In this document: piece by piece, positions 35,867 through 48,600 of the stretch
Layout of the letters: each line of letters opens with the position of its first letter
Position numbering within the stretch: the stretch's first letter is position 1
DNA from: Methanobacteriota archaeon
GTDB lineage: Archaea; Thermoplasmatota; Thermoplasmata; SG8-5; JAGLSY01
Direction of reading: 5' to 3'
Assembly (NCBI GenBank): GCA_020696385.1
Contig: JAEHCQ010000006.1
Span: 32,001 to 96,000 of the forward strand
Length of the DNA stretch: 64,000 bases
The notes under the pieces: model-generated
Database searches by the model: none
Told to the model about the DNA's origin: nothing
What the model saw: the letters and a program-made list of their open reading frames with translations, nothing else
Translations under genes and position numbers: made by a program

Positions 35867-36956
35867 TGATAATGATAATGCAGAAAATATTGTACTCGTT
35901 AATAATGATAATGTCGATCCTAATCTTACTAATATCGTTCCAGATGACCATGATGATAACTCTAACCTTGACTTTGAGGACCTGTCCCGATTCAATAAGA
36001 AAAAAGACAAACTTTTCTTTCCGTTCACTGGCATAGTTGGTCAACAGTCTATGAAGAAAGGCCTTATTCTTGTCTCCGCCAATCCGCGCATCAGTTCTTT
36101 ATTGATAATCGGGGAAAATGGTACGGGGAAAGTCACAGCATCCATGGGATTACAGGCTTTTCTTCCCGATCTCGAGGTGTCTGCTCAGTGCACATCCAAT
36201 TGCGATCCTCGAAACAGTCTGTTCTTATGTACCACATGCAAAGATAGTGGGGTCACGAATGATGATAATATCATCCAAATACCAACTCCCTTCATGGTAT
36301 TGCCTGTTGGTACATCTCATGAGAGGATATTCGGTTCTTTCGAGAAGGACGGAAGCTTTGTTCCTGGTCTGATATCAATCGCAAATAGAGGTTATATCCT
36401 AATGGAAAGGGTCAATCTCCATGATGCCGATATGATAAGATCACTATTGGATATTCGTGACAAAGGAGTATGTGAATGCAAATGTGAAAAGGGTGAGTTT
36501 ACATTCACTCACCCTGCTCAGTTCACATTGATCGCAACTCTGAACCCGTCCGAGGGTGAACTGGATGAAGATATCTTGAAACGATTCCAATTAGTGGTTC
36601 ACACAAGAAGTCTGAAGGATATCGAGGAAAGGATAGAGATCGTGCGGAGGGTGGAGAGCTTCAAGGAGGATCCTCAGGAATTCCTGGATAAGAGCAAGAG
36701 GGAGCTCGACGGACTTAGGGCCGTGATAGAGAACTCAAGGCGATTATTGAAGAGGGCGGACATACCTTCGAAATCCATGGACGCGATAATCAATATCCTG
36801 AAGAGCCATGATACTGATAATCCAGCCATGCGGGACGCCATGGTCGAATCCACCAAGGCCAACACGGTCATCAATGACAGCACATGGGCATCTATCGAGG
36901 ATATTGCAGAGATAGTTGATATGGTCATGGCCTATCATATGAAGAAAGAAGCTTGA
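35859..36956 (+). CDS. Magnesium-chelatase subunit I-like AAA+ protein
   Basis: FPFTGIVGQ, Walker A GENGTGKVT, CTSNCDP, PGLISIANRG, HPAQFTLIATLNPSEGEL; atypical Walker B (LMERVN). Confidence 0.82.
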   Translation: MHDDNDNAENIVLVNNDNVDPNLTNIVPDDHDDNSNLDFEDLSRFNKKKDKLFFPFTGIVGQQSMKKGLILVSANPRISSLLIIGENGTGKVTASMGLQAFLPDLEVSAQCTSNCDPRNSLFLCTTCKDSGVTNDDNIIQIPTPFMVLPVGTSHERIFGSFEKDGSFVPGLISIANRGYILMERVNLHDADMIRSLLDIRDKGVCECKCEKGEFTFTHPAQFTLIATLNPSEGELDEDILKRFQLVVHTRSLKDIEERIEIVRRVESFKEDPQEFLDKSKRELDGLRAVIENSRRLLKRADIPSKSMDAIINILKSHDTDNPAMRDAMVESTKANTVINDSTWASIEDIAEIVDMVMAYHMKKEA

Positions 36957-37035
36957 ATCTTATCCGATAATGTGCAGTATAAATGAACACTGTTCTATAT
37001 AGACAATATTAATATCTATTATATCATACTGTATT

Positions 37036-37383
37036 ATGATAAATATGACATATTATTTTGATCAAAGTGAAATTGAGCAAAAGGAAATTATTCCCGGGGT
37101 CTTTCAGCAGATATTATCTGGAAGAACACATGATGAAAAGATGATGATGGTAAGATACATCATCAAAGAAGGATCTGTATTTCCTGAGCATGCACATCCT
37201 CATGAACAACACGGCATCATGATAGAAGGAGAAGCGGATTTCATCATCGGCGGCGAGAAAAAAAGAACAAGAACCGGGGATGGTTATATCATCCCCGGCA
37301 ATGTCTTGCATGGTGCGGTCTTTCTCAAGGACTCTATTGTCATAGATATGTTCGATCCACCGAGAGAGGATTTTCTGGTGTGA
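37036..37383 (+). CDS. Cupin domain protein
   Basis: PEHAHPHEQ and IPGNVLHG metal-binding motifs, DMFDPPREDF. The start could be 37045. Confidence 0.88.
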   Translation: MINMTYYFDQSEIEQKEIIPGVFQQILSGRTHDEKMMMVRYIIKEGSVFPEHAHPHEQHGIMIEGEADFIIGGEKKRTRTGDGYIIPGNVLHGAVFLKDSIVIDMFDPPREDFLV

Positions 37384-37433
37384 ACAATTCTATGAATGAC
37401 GCCGAAATCATTTTATAACGTTCAATCTATTTT

Positions 37434-38372
37434 ATGTATGAAAGTGAACATATGGCATTAACCGAAGAATCCAAGGATCTGATCATATTAATTCTCATAG
37501 TGTCAATGGTCCTTGTCCTGGTGGTTGAACTAATGTACATGCGCTCAAAGAAGAAACAGAAGAAAAGTAAGTATGAAGAGAACAAGGCAGACGAGGCCTA
37601 TAATAAGATACATACTGCAGATCGTATCATATCGACCATGAGATCCCAGGGTGTGGATGTTCACGAGGCAGAACTTTTGCTCAAAGAAGCAAGGCGTTAT
37701 GAATCATCGAGAAACTTTGATTCTGCAATTGAAAGGGCCGAGAGATCGAAGATAATTTTGAGAAATGCCAAGAGAGACCATGATATGAAAGAAGCCACCA
37801 ATCAGAATGGTATAGGATCTGAACAAATTAACACAGTATCTGAGATAACTTCAAATAATATCCCTGCAAATGCTCCTCTTCCCTCACCTATTGAAGAGGT
37901 GAGGTCTGCAAAGCGACCCAAGAATTTCCTGCAGGCGAAGTTCTTGCTGACCACGGTCAAAGATCTTATGGAAAATGAAGAAAATCAGGGGATCGAAGAA
38001 GCAAGGCAGATGTTCGAAGATGCAAAAGATGAATTTGCCAAAGAAAATTACACAAAGGCTCTATCACTTGCATTGAAGACAGAAAAGATGCTAAAAGTAG
38101 GTGGCTTTGATCACATTGCGGAAACCTCACAGCCGCATTCTGAAGAACATACGGATGATGATCCACACAACCATTATGATGAGGAAGAACCTAAGATCAT
38201 CGATCTCGAAGGGGCCTCTTGTGATAGTTGTGGAACTGATGCTGATATATCCGATGCTTTCTGTAGAAAATGCGGTGATAAGCTGGAGTTCATCATTATC
38301 TGTCCAAGTTGTGATGCAGAAGTACAGCCTGATGATGTCTTCTGCAGGAAATGTGGACAGAAGCTTGGTTGA
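37434..38372 (+). CDS. Membrane-anchored helical-repeat protein with a C-terminal double zinc ribbon
   Basis: N-terminal TM; GVDVHEAELLLKEA helical motif; CDSC..FCRKCG, CPSC..FCRKCG. Confidence 0.75.
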   Translation: MYESEHMALTEESKDLIILILIVSMVLVLVVELMYMRSKKKQKKSKYEENKADEAYNKIHTADRIISTMRSQGVDVHEAELLLKEARRYESSRNFDSAIERAERSKIILRNAKRDHDMKEATNQNGIGSEQINTVSEITSNNIPANAPLPSPIEEVRSAKRPKNFLQAKFLLTTVKDLMENEENQGIEEARQMFEDAKDEFAKENYTKALSLALKTEKMLKVGGFDHIAETSQPHSEEHTDDDPHNHYDEEEPKIIDLEGASCDSCGTDADISDAFCRKCGDKLEFIIICPSCDAEVQPDDVFCRKCGQKLG

Positions 38373-38505
38373 TCTTTCTTATTAATGATGAAGATGAAAT
38401 AATGCTCAATATGAAATAATGTTCAATAAGTAATGTAATATCAATGGTAGTTATGAATTGAGATAATTATGAAGAATGAACATTTATGTTTTTGAAAGGA
38501 TATGT

Positions 38506-39543
38506 TCAAAGGACCTTTCCATTCTTTATGATATCTTTTGTGGTTCCATCCATGTATGTTACCGCCATACTTGGTTTATTGAACAGGAAATCACGGTGTG
38601 TCTTTGAATTATTGGTCCCGTTGTTCATGTCCATATTGTTACCAAAGGCAATATGGGCTGTTTCCCCTGCCTTTTCATCCTCCAGAAGGTTTCCGACCAG
38701 TCTAGCATTGGGATTGAGCCCTATGCCAAGTTCTCCGATCGTTGAGGCCATCTCATCTATCGTGGTCAGTTCCCATAGATGTTTCACCATCTCCTTATCC
38801 TCACATTCCATGTCTGTCAATATACCATTTTTGATGGTCAATGTAAGTGGAACATCCAACATTCCAATGTCTCCGATGCTCCCATCCACAACTACTTTTC
38901 CACTACCTTTGGTCTCTGTTGGTGCACACCAGATCTCCCCTGCTGGGAGGTTTCCAAAGCTTTTCTTGTCAATAATGACGTCCGTGGAGAAGCACCGATC
39001 CTGAATATCAAGTATAAGATTAGTTCCTAATTCAGTGGTTATGTGAACCTCTTTTGCCTTATTGAACTTACTTTTCAAATCCATGGCATCCTTAACTATC
39101 TGTTCATAATCCACATTCATTGGCCCCTTGTACATCATTTCCTTTGTTATACCAGGGGCATGAGCCACTCTGACATCATAGGCGATCTCATCATAAAGCA
39201 ACTCAACACGAAATGGTGTTTCCTTCGCATCGCCATGGAAGGCATTGACAACCACATTATAATCTTTGAAAATTCCTTTTAACTGTTCCGGAAGTTTTTC
39301 CAGAGGTCTTTGGTGTTGAGAAATGGAATATAGATCGGTCTTCAGACCACCTAATCTCTTGGCACCACTGATGAAGGCATGACCGATATCCTGTTTTTCT
39401 TGATCTGTGACCACAAGAATATTCTGACCCTGGTCAAATGAAAGCACATTCTTCAGAGCTTTCTCCGCACCTTCGACCATCTTATTATAATTGGAGCATC
39501 TCTTGAAATCATCTTTGTTTGCTAATTCCATTATTTCAGCCAT
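38506..39543 (-). CDS. Aminopeptidase, M29 (thermophilic metalloprotease)-like
   Basis: GNLPAGEIWCAP, VVDGS, IGELGIGLN, EDEKAGETAHIAFG, HRD. Confidence 0.85.
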   Translation of the reverse strand: MAEIMELANKDDFKRCSNYNKMVEGAEKALKNVLSFDQGQNILVVTDQEKQDIGHAFISGAKRLGGLKTDLYSISQHQRPLEKLPEQLKGIFKDYNVVVNAFHGDAKETPFRVELLYDEIAYDVRVAHAPGITKEMMYKGPMNVDYEQIVKDAMDLKSKFNKAKEVHITTELGTNLILDIQDRCFSTDVIIDKKSFGNLPAGEIWCAPTETKGSGKVVVDGSIGDIGMLDVPLTLTIKNGILTDMECEDKEMVKHLWELTTIDEMASTIGELGIGLNPNARLVGNLLEDEKAGETAHIAFGNNMDMNNGTNNSKTHRDFLFNKPSMAVTYMDGTTKDIIKNGKVL

Positions 39544-39672
39544 ATTCTGCCTCCTATTTACGTGGGTTTTTATATTCTCATTCTATAGACTCGTTCAGCA
39601 TCAGACCATGCCTTTCAGTGGGCCTGATGTTGCGGTCTTGTCTCTCAGAGCGGTATGAGGGGTGGGTCTCGA

Positions 39673-42600
39673 TCAGTTTTCCTTTAGCTTAGCAAGGTTC
39701 TTCTCGAAGAGTTCCTCAGATATCTTTCCATCCTCGAATGCCTGCCTCAGTCGGAGAACACGCTCGTCCTCTTCAGGTGCTTCGAGAGTGGAGTCGATCG
39801 CTTCCTCTGTTTCAATGTCAGGTTCCACTTCATCTGTAATTTCAGGTTCTGCATTGATATCTGATTCAGTCTCAATATTTTCGGTTTCCATCTCGGATGA
39901 TATATCTTCGGATATATCAACATCTGAATCCTCTGGAATCTCATCATCAATGATTGAATCGCCTATCTCTTCGGGAGACATTTCCTCCTCAGGTATAGGT
40001 GGTTCTTCCATGTTGTCGATGTCTTCTGGAACTTCATCATCAATGATAGAGTCACCTATCTCTTCGGGGGACATCCCCTCCTCCGGTATAGGTGGTTCTT
40101 CCATGCCGTCGATGTCCTGTGGGATCTCATCTTCTGGCAGATATTCATCATCTGTCATATCGCCATCCAGTTCATCTCCGCCATGTAACTCATCATCTTC
40201 GATGCTTGTAACCTGGGCTGGTGTGTATTCCTCCGATTCAGGAGTATCTTTCCAGATCATCATGGCAATGAACATGCCGACCACAAGTCCAACGATCAAA
40301 AGAACGATCATCATTCCGATCGCTCCATAGTTGGTGGACTCCTCTGGTGTCAGTTCAACTGTGTGTCTCAATTCGACAATGTTACCTGCTTTGTCCTCTA
40401 CCTCTATTACAATGGTATTGAGTCCATAGCTCAGGAACACGGTCCTTTCGAATTCGGATATTCCTCTTGTAGAATCCACAGTCACCTGCTTTCCATTGAC
40501 CAGAACTCCTCCGATCTTCAGTTCTTCTTCATCTATCTCAGCACTGAAGGTGAAGTTGTCAGTATGTACCTCTGTTGGGAGTTCATCAAGGGTGATCATA
40601 GGCATTGTTTTGTCAAGAGTGATGTTCAACCAGTCATCAATGGTATTGCCTGCCATGTCCATGAATAATAGGTGTAATACATTCTCACCTTCCAATAGGT
40701 CCACAACCGTCGAGAAGGATCCATCGCTGTTCACAGTGATCTCTTTTCCATTTATGGTCATGTATCCTGATTCATCAACTTCTCCAGTTATTGTGATCTT
40801 GTCCTTATTGGTCCTTGAGCCTTCCTCGCTAACGAATCCCTCAAAGACTGGCATATTCAGATCCAACACGATTGTCCTTCTGACCTCTGCTTTGTTTCCT
40901 GCAAGGTCTATGGCAGATATAGTGATCATGTTCTTGCCATCTTCGAGGATGACATATGCGGAGAATTCTCCATTTGCCACATTTACATGCTCAACCTCGA
41001 CACCAAATATGTCCAAGGTGGCATCTGTCTCTATGAGACCTGAGATCTCATAATGATCATCTGTTGTGTATTCTGTGTTTGTTTCTGGGGTCTTAACATT
41101 CAGGGATGGCAATCCTGAATCTATCAAGAAGGTCCATGATTCCGTGAAGGTGTTGCCAGCCTGATCCATTATGGATGCTTCGACACTGTGGATACCATCA
41201 TCCATTTCAGATGGTGAAGAATAACTGATAGTACCTAGTGGGAAGCCTTGTACTGGCGATGGTGCTGTTGAATCTAAATCATCGACAAAAGGTACATTGG
41301 TGGAGGCCTGTGGTGTTACATCGACTCCATCAACTATCATCTTTGGACTATCCGGTACCAATTCTCCGAAATCATCCTTGAAATTTGCTGTTATTATTGG
41401 ATTGCTGTCGCGCATCACTTCCCCATCTCCTGGACCAAAGCCACTGCTTGTAGGTGCTATGGTATCGTACCTGAGATCGATTGGAAGTAGCATTGTGAAT
41501 GGAGCTTCACCAGGTCCAATGTACAAAGCACCTTGTAATGTTACTCCTTCCTTTGCACTTGGAAGATCATATCCCAGATCCAATTTTGATGTTGTGTATG
41601 CGGATAATGGTGTATCCGATTTCCACTGATCTGGGTTGTCTGGTGTAAGATCCACTCCTTCACCCTCAACACCAAATCCAAGTCCCTGCACATTTGTTAT
41701 ATCTATATCAAAGTGAGCTGGTATTGTTTTCAGAGCGAATCCATATATTATGATTATATAGTTTCCATCTGGAGGTCCTATGAGTTTCACCTGTTCATCT
41801 GCATCGAAATCCGCACCTATCGCAAAGCCCTCCTCTCCTTCAGCCTTTCCGTCTCCATTTTCATCATAGAAGACTCCAAGATCCAGGTCGGGGGCATTAT
41901 CATGACCGTATATGTGCACATCGAATATTAGGCAGTCTTTCAGGGTAACTTCTATTGTTGTATTACCTGAAGCCAGCTGATCCTCGAAGGTATCGTAGTT
42001 GCTCCAGTCTGGGTCATCCTCCCATACCTCCAAATCTTTGTAGCTGACTGGTGCTGATGGTCCTGCTGCTACACCACCGAAGTGTCCGCCGAGATCTATA
42101 TTGGAAACTCCACTTACACTTGCTGTACCCGCCAGTTCATTGGTGACTATGCTTATTTTATCAGAGTCTAGTGAGTAGGTTCCGACCCTTCCCTTAATTG
42201 GCTCAAGGTCTGAAGTACCATTCATGTGTACATTGTGTAGAGCGATGACATTCAGTCCGGCTCCTATATCTGGAGCACTGTATTCAAGTGGCCCGCCACT
42301 TGAAGTGAAGAAGGTCGCGGTCTCTGTACTACCACCATTTAATTGTAGTCCATGTGGTCCGTATCTATCTCCTGTGAAGGTATCTCCTGACTCTGGATTT
42401 ACTATCGTGAGTGCTCCAAAGGCAAATGCATCGATATCTGTTTGGCCTTTCCACCATTCTGCATTTATGAGCAGCTTGGTGTTGGAATCTGTGAAAGTTC
42501 CCTGGTCTGGGATGTCTACATAGTAGAATCTCCAGTCACCAGCCTTTCCTCCAGCTCCATCATATCCTGAGAGCATCATTGCCGGGTCGAAGAGTCTGTT

Positions 42601-45600
42601 CGTGTCATAGTATGAGTAGGTGACTTCCACATCTGCTCCATCTTGCGGCGCTGAAAGGAAATCTAATTGTCCAACTATTGGGTCGAAGACATATCTTCCA
42701 TAGCTGTAATCGATCTCAAAGAAATCCCCCGATTTCAGACCTGTGTAATTATAGTATGCTACTACTCTGTCCCCAGGTGCCATGACCCAGTTGTTAAGAG
42801 TTATGTCTCCAGTAACTGTATCTATTTTGTAATTAAGAACCCCATCAGTATCTGACTTTACCAATTTGAAGACACCGCTGGTATTCTCGTAGTAGAATGT
42901 ATTTGGTGCTGAATTTCCTATGGCATTCAAGTTATCATAGAGTACGGAGAACGAATCCTGGCCAGCACTGGCAGAATCAACCACTACCTCATTCTTTACT
43001 TCATTGAAGGTGTTCAGTTTTATCTTTCCTTCTATAGTTCCAGAATAATCGTAGTATGAATGAACAATCTCTCCGGCTCCAAGGGTCCAGCCATTAAGGG
43101 TTACCAAACCTGTATTGTAATTGATATTATAATTAGGTGATCCCGCGCTGGCACTCTCAATCATCGTGGTCCATACACCTGCATTTTGAAGATACAGAGT
43201 ATTGCCGGTGGTTGTCGATATTCCTTTATTTACCAGATTGAATTCGCTTTCTCCTCCTACGGCTGTAATGCTGATCTCATCCTTGACTGGTATCTGAGCC
43301 ATAAAGTATTGAAGCCCATCTGTCAAAGCATTTCCATTCCTGTATACCTGGTATCCAAGACTATCAGTGATCGATTTTGCACTATTATACAAGTTGACAT
43401 TGGCTATCGTTAGCTCTGTGACACCAACAGCGTATGTTCCATAGTTGGCTGTCACGACCATACCCCAATCAAGGGTAGTTCCGAACAAAATATCACCTGT
43501 CTGAAGGTTCAATGTATAATCGATTCCCTCGATCAGCAGTTCACCGTCAATGAACACAGTATAAGTTCCCGGTCCGATCTCGTATCCTGCTTCGAACGTA
43601 TCAATGTTGGCAGTTGTGGTGCTATTATCTTCTGCGATCAAGATCTCCTGATTTAAATACTCTCTACTATTATTCAATATTATCTCTCTGGATACTGTAT
43701 TGAACTTGGACAGAGCAATTCCATCCTCCTTCGTCACAAATGAATCCGGTATGATATTGGTATGTGAAAGCGTGAATTCAGTCTTTTTCGTTATGTTTGT
43801 GTATTCGACTCCGTATTCGTACTCTACGCACACTGAAGCTCCTTCAGGGATTCCACTTTCAAGCTCATAAGCTGCGGATGTATTGAAGGTGATGACTCCA
43901 GTATCATAATTTACATCATACCAGGATTCATTAGTGATTGGCAAAGTTCCATTGTAATAATTTGTGGAATTATAGCTGTACCAAGCGTATAGATAATCAC
44001 CAATCTCGAAGTCCCAGTCGAGAGTGAAAATACCCGTATTGTAGTCGAATGAAGCCCAGCCATTGTCCCATGTATCATCAACAGAGCCGTTGAGTGTTCC
44101 AGGGGCTCCAAGGTAATACCAGGCGCCATATGTGTACACATAAAATACTTCAGTACCAGGAACGATATTTTCATGGTCAAGTAGTACCGAAGTGAACCCT
44201 CCTGTTGCAGAGTTCTCAAGGACTGCTTCGTTGGTGATATTATATGTGTTATGATAAGTGTATGATACGTTATCCAAAGCAACACTTGTTACGTTATTCA
44301 AACTTCCATAAACCTCATAGTATGGGACATGATCTAGTGTGAACTCCGTCTGGTTGAATGTTGCATTGGAAGTAGACAAATGCGTCTCATTTGATATTGT
44401 GTAGTTCAAGGATGTGAACGAAAATGAATCAACACCGACAAAGTTCTCAACAGCATTCATTGCTGGCTTATCACCGAATTCGAAATTCGGGTTGTTTGCT
44501 GCAACATTGATGACCATTGGAATAACAGTGGTCTTTCCAACATTTGTTGTTGATGTTATTGCTCCCTCGTATGAACCGACACCTTCTGCTATTGCCTTTG
44601 CACTGTCAAGTGTGGCTGTGAAGGTTCCAGATGCTCCTGCTGGGATCGTCAATGCGCTATCTGAAAGTGTTACCCAGTCCCATGTTTGTCTTGAATAGTA
44701 CTCTGCTTTTATGAATATATCCAATTCTTCTGCGAGTGCCGCCATGTTACGGCTCCATATAGCAATTCCATCATGTATCCTGTTATTGTCGCTTTGATCA
44801 TGTACTCTACATTCCAGAACATTTCCACCTATGAATGCTCCTGACATTCTGTTCCTCTCTGCAAATAAGACTGGTGGATTATCGTATGGTCCTGCATTCA
44901 GATCACCATTCAGCTTTCCATCGCCATTCTCATCGGTCCAGTCATATAGTTCCAGCCAATAATCTGATGAAGTCGAGTATTGTGTTATCTTGACCAGATC
45001 TGTGCTTGTCCAGAGGCTGTTATCGACTTCGCTTATAAGTTCTCCATCTGGTGTGTAGAATCCAGTCTCATTCAATATGGTCCATCCATGGCCATAATCT
45101 GCATCTCTTGTTATGGTAGCGATCCCTTCTCCTGCCTTGAGTATCTCTCCTGCCATCAGATCGACATCGATACTGTTTGATAGGTCATGATTGTCAATGG
45201 TGAAGGTCTGTTCCAGATTCTCAGGGAGTGTATTCTCACTCACTAATTTGGCGAAGGCATCATACCTTTCTCCACCATAATCGCCAGGTACCCATGATGT
45301 TGGTGTTATAACTGAACCACCCATGTTTGATGCGATCTTGGCAGATTCCATAACGTCAACAAATCCAGCTCCCTGTGAGAGCACATCATAATCGATATCC
45401 TCTGCTCCAGACATTAGAATTGAACGTGCTGTTTCTATGTCCAGTGGATTGGTATGTGTGTCATCATATGCATCAGCTATTACTGCAATAGCAGCTGCCA
45501 GGTTTGAACTTGTCAATGCCTGACCAGACCAAATATTGACCGTGTCTGTGTAAACCGCATTTGGGCCTCTGTCATATTCTGCCCAGAGAGGTTCTGATAC

Positions 45601-48600
45601 GAATCCGAAGTAAGCTCCAGAAGCAACAACATCTGGCTTTGGATTTCCCATCATTGTCGGTCCCCTTCCGGAGACTGTGATTATATCACCATATGATGGA
45701 TTGGGTCCGCTATCCTGCTCTTCGACTATCCTGTAGAAGAAGTCAGTTGATAAACCAGCTGTGATAACTCCTGGTGCTGATCCAGGTGAGGAAACAGTTC
45801 CATATCCAGAGCCTGCACCACCTGATGTGGCTGTGAATATTGTCTTTCCATCTCCATATTCTGTGGCTAACCAGTCAACATATCTTGATGTGAAATCTCC
45901 ACCTGCTTCATAAGCACTTGTGGCCAGGGAACTACTGTATATATCTGCTTCATCGCCAGTTCCTGGAATTCCATCATAACCTTCTATAGCAAAGATCATA
46001 CCATCGTACATTGGATCAGTTATGCCTATTATTTTTGCATCTGGTGAAATTCCCAGGCAGGGCTTGACATTTATGTCGTTCCTGTGGTTTAATAATCCTT
46101 GCCCGGCTACTGCCGAGGCTCGAGATGTTCCTGCTGTCAGATCAAGTGCGTACTCACCATACATGGCAACCATCTCACCGTTCAAAGGAATGACATTATC
46201 AACACCGCTCCTTTCGGCAAGTCTTTCTGAATATGGTATTGGTAATCCATCATATTCATAGCTGATCGTAATGGCATTTCCAGTCTGGTTACTCGAGAAT
46301 GTTATGACAACCTCTTCAGAGTTCTGATAGTCAACTGTGTAATTACCGGACTCATCAACTAATAGTCCATCGATGTGAACCTCCCAGGAATTGTTCATAA
46401 CTCCAACATTGCCAAGCACGGCAGTTGTTCCTGTATCAAGGGTTAATGCTTCATCAGTAACAACACTTGCCTGACTGATATAGTATATCATACCTCCAGA
46501 TCTGTCTGCCAGACCATTTCCATCCATGTCTCTCCAGGATATCTCGTCACCCATCACACAAGCCTTTTCATCTGTGAAGTCTTGGTCATAATCCAGATCC
46601 ACATAGACAGTATCATAAACACTATCTATAGTGGAATCCACAAGAAGTACCTTGGAGTAATTGAATATTTGGCCAGAATAATTGTTCACGTATGTAGCCA
46701 GGTTCTCATCCATCAGAGTTCCAAGCCTGTAAACACCACTTACACTATCGATTCCAGTAACTGTGTATGCTGTCTTGATCACTGTTGGGTTAATAGTACC
46801 AATAGATTCAATATCTGCATCCACGAAGTCATTTTGATAATGTGCTTTCACGTATCTGATTTCATACTTAGTAACTGTTCCGACATTTCCATCGTCACCT
46901 GGTGCTGCCCAAGTAAGGTCTACTGTACCATCCCGACTTGTTGCGGTAGCAGTAAGGCTGATAGCATCTGGTGCTACATCATCGACCCTTGCAGTTCCAT
47001 TTGGTGAGTTTGATACGAGAGGGTTGTTCATACTCATCTCATCCTTTGCTATTAATGCAAAGAAATATTTGACGCCCTCATCAAAACCTGCGCCACTGAA
47101 ATTAAGGTATACATGGTCGCCACCTACAGGAACAAAGCCAAAGGTTGCCTCAAAGTTGGACTGGACGATAGACGCTCTCTGAGACACTGGTGTTGAACCC
47201 CATGTCGCATCTGTTACTGGGGCTGTATCATATCTGATCTCATAATTTTTAACCGAGCCTACCATTCCATCATCTCCTGGTGATATCCAGTCGAGCATTA
47301 TTTGTCCATGGTTATCGCTCTGCCCTACGTTAAGAGTGGTCACTGCGGGTCCAATGATATCATTCTGGACTATTGCATTATCGCAGTTTGATACAGAGGC
47401 ATTATTATCTCCATCATCTGCCTGGATCGCAAAGTAATAATCTATTCCTGCCGGTGGAGCAGACCAAACGGCTCCATCTGTTGTTCCTATGATAAGGGAT
47501 TGGAATGAACCACCTTTAAGTGGTGCGTCAACTGAGAAGTCTCTTGAGTACGTTCCAGATACACCATAATCAGATACAGTGTCTGGAATTGTATCCCAAT
47601 TTGTTTCATCTATTGTTGATGTGTAGTATTTCACAATATATTCCTGTGCCCATCCAACCATGCCATCATCTCCTGGTGCGGTGAAATTGAGATAAACAGT
47701 TCCGTGATCTGGGCCAGTTTCGACATTAAGGTCAGTGATCTGTGCTGGCTTGATAGTGTCGCTCGCTCTTGATACTGCTGAGCCATTGGGGTTTGAAATT
47801 GCTCCCATATTACCCGCTATATCAATTGCTATTATGGAGAAATAGTAAGTTGTGCCTGATAGGGGCATCATAAGAGTGTAGTTCTCAGTACTTCCTACGG
47901 ATTTAGGGTTCCAGTTCAATGAATCTGCATAAACTGTAGCGGCCTGGAACTCTGTATCATTTGTGATGTCGCTGGTACTGTATCTCAGCTCATAGCTGTC
48001 TGTATCTGTTATTGCAGTCCACTCTAAATATACTTGAGTGGAATTAGCTCCAGGGTATGCGGTTGGATCGATTCTTGCTGGTGCTATAATATCATCTGTG
48101 ACAGCTGCATTGTCTGTATTTGATACTTCTCCTGCATTACCTGCTTCATCAACAGCAACTATAGCGAAATAATAATCAGTGCCAATATCAAGTCCTGTCA
48201 AAGTATATGTTTCGACCAGGTTTGCATCTTTTGGCATCCATGTCTGCACATACTCATCGGCTAAGTAATCAAAGCATACCCAGTTGGTGATCGGGTCTTC
48301 AGAGTATTTTATGACATAATTTGTTGCAGTTCCTACGTCTGCATCATCTCCTGTTGCTGTCCAGCTTAGGTCCACTGTGCCGTGTATAACTCCATCTGTT
48401 GCCATAAAGTCAGTGATCTGGTCTGGTGCTGTGGTGTCCTCATTGGTCATTGCATCTGGGTTGTTTGAGAAATCACCATGGTTATTTGCTTCGTCTGTTG
48501 CTACTATATTGAAAAGGTAGTTTGTGTTTGCATCTAATCCCGTAACTGTGTAACTCTCTGCACCGCCTACGGATGTTGGAATGTATCCATTTGATTCTTT

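Noticed and set aside
39560-39672. Glycine/TPP riboswitch or SRP RNA helix 8 in the aminopeptidase leader
   Set aside because: Only fragments match (CTCTGAGAGAC, CTGAAAGG, CAGGCCC); the required downstream conserved elements are missing.
39662-40330. Ser-rich 222-aa ORF on the + strand and the many other short antisense or overlapping ORFs in the track
   Set aside because: They are shadows of well-supported genes on the opposite strand or frame and lack their own motifs.
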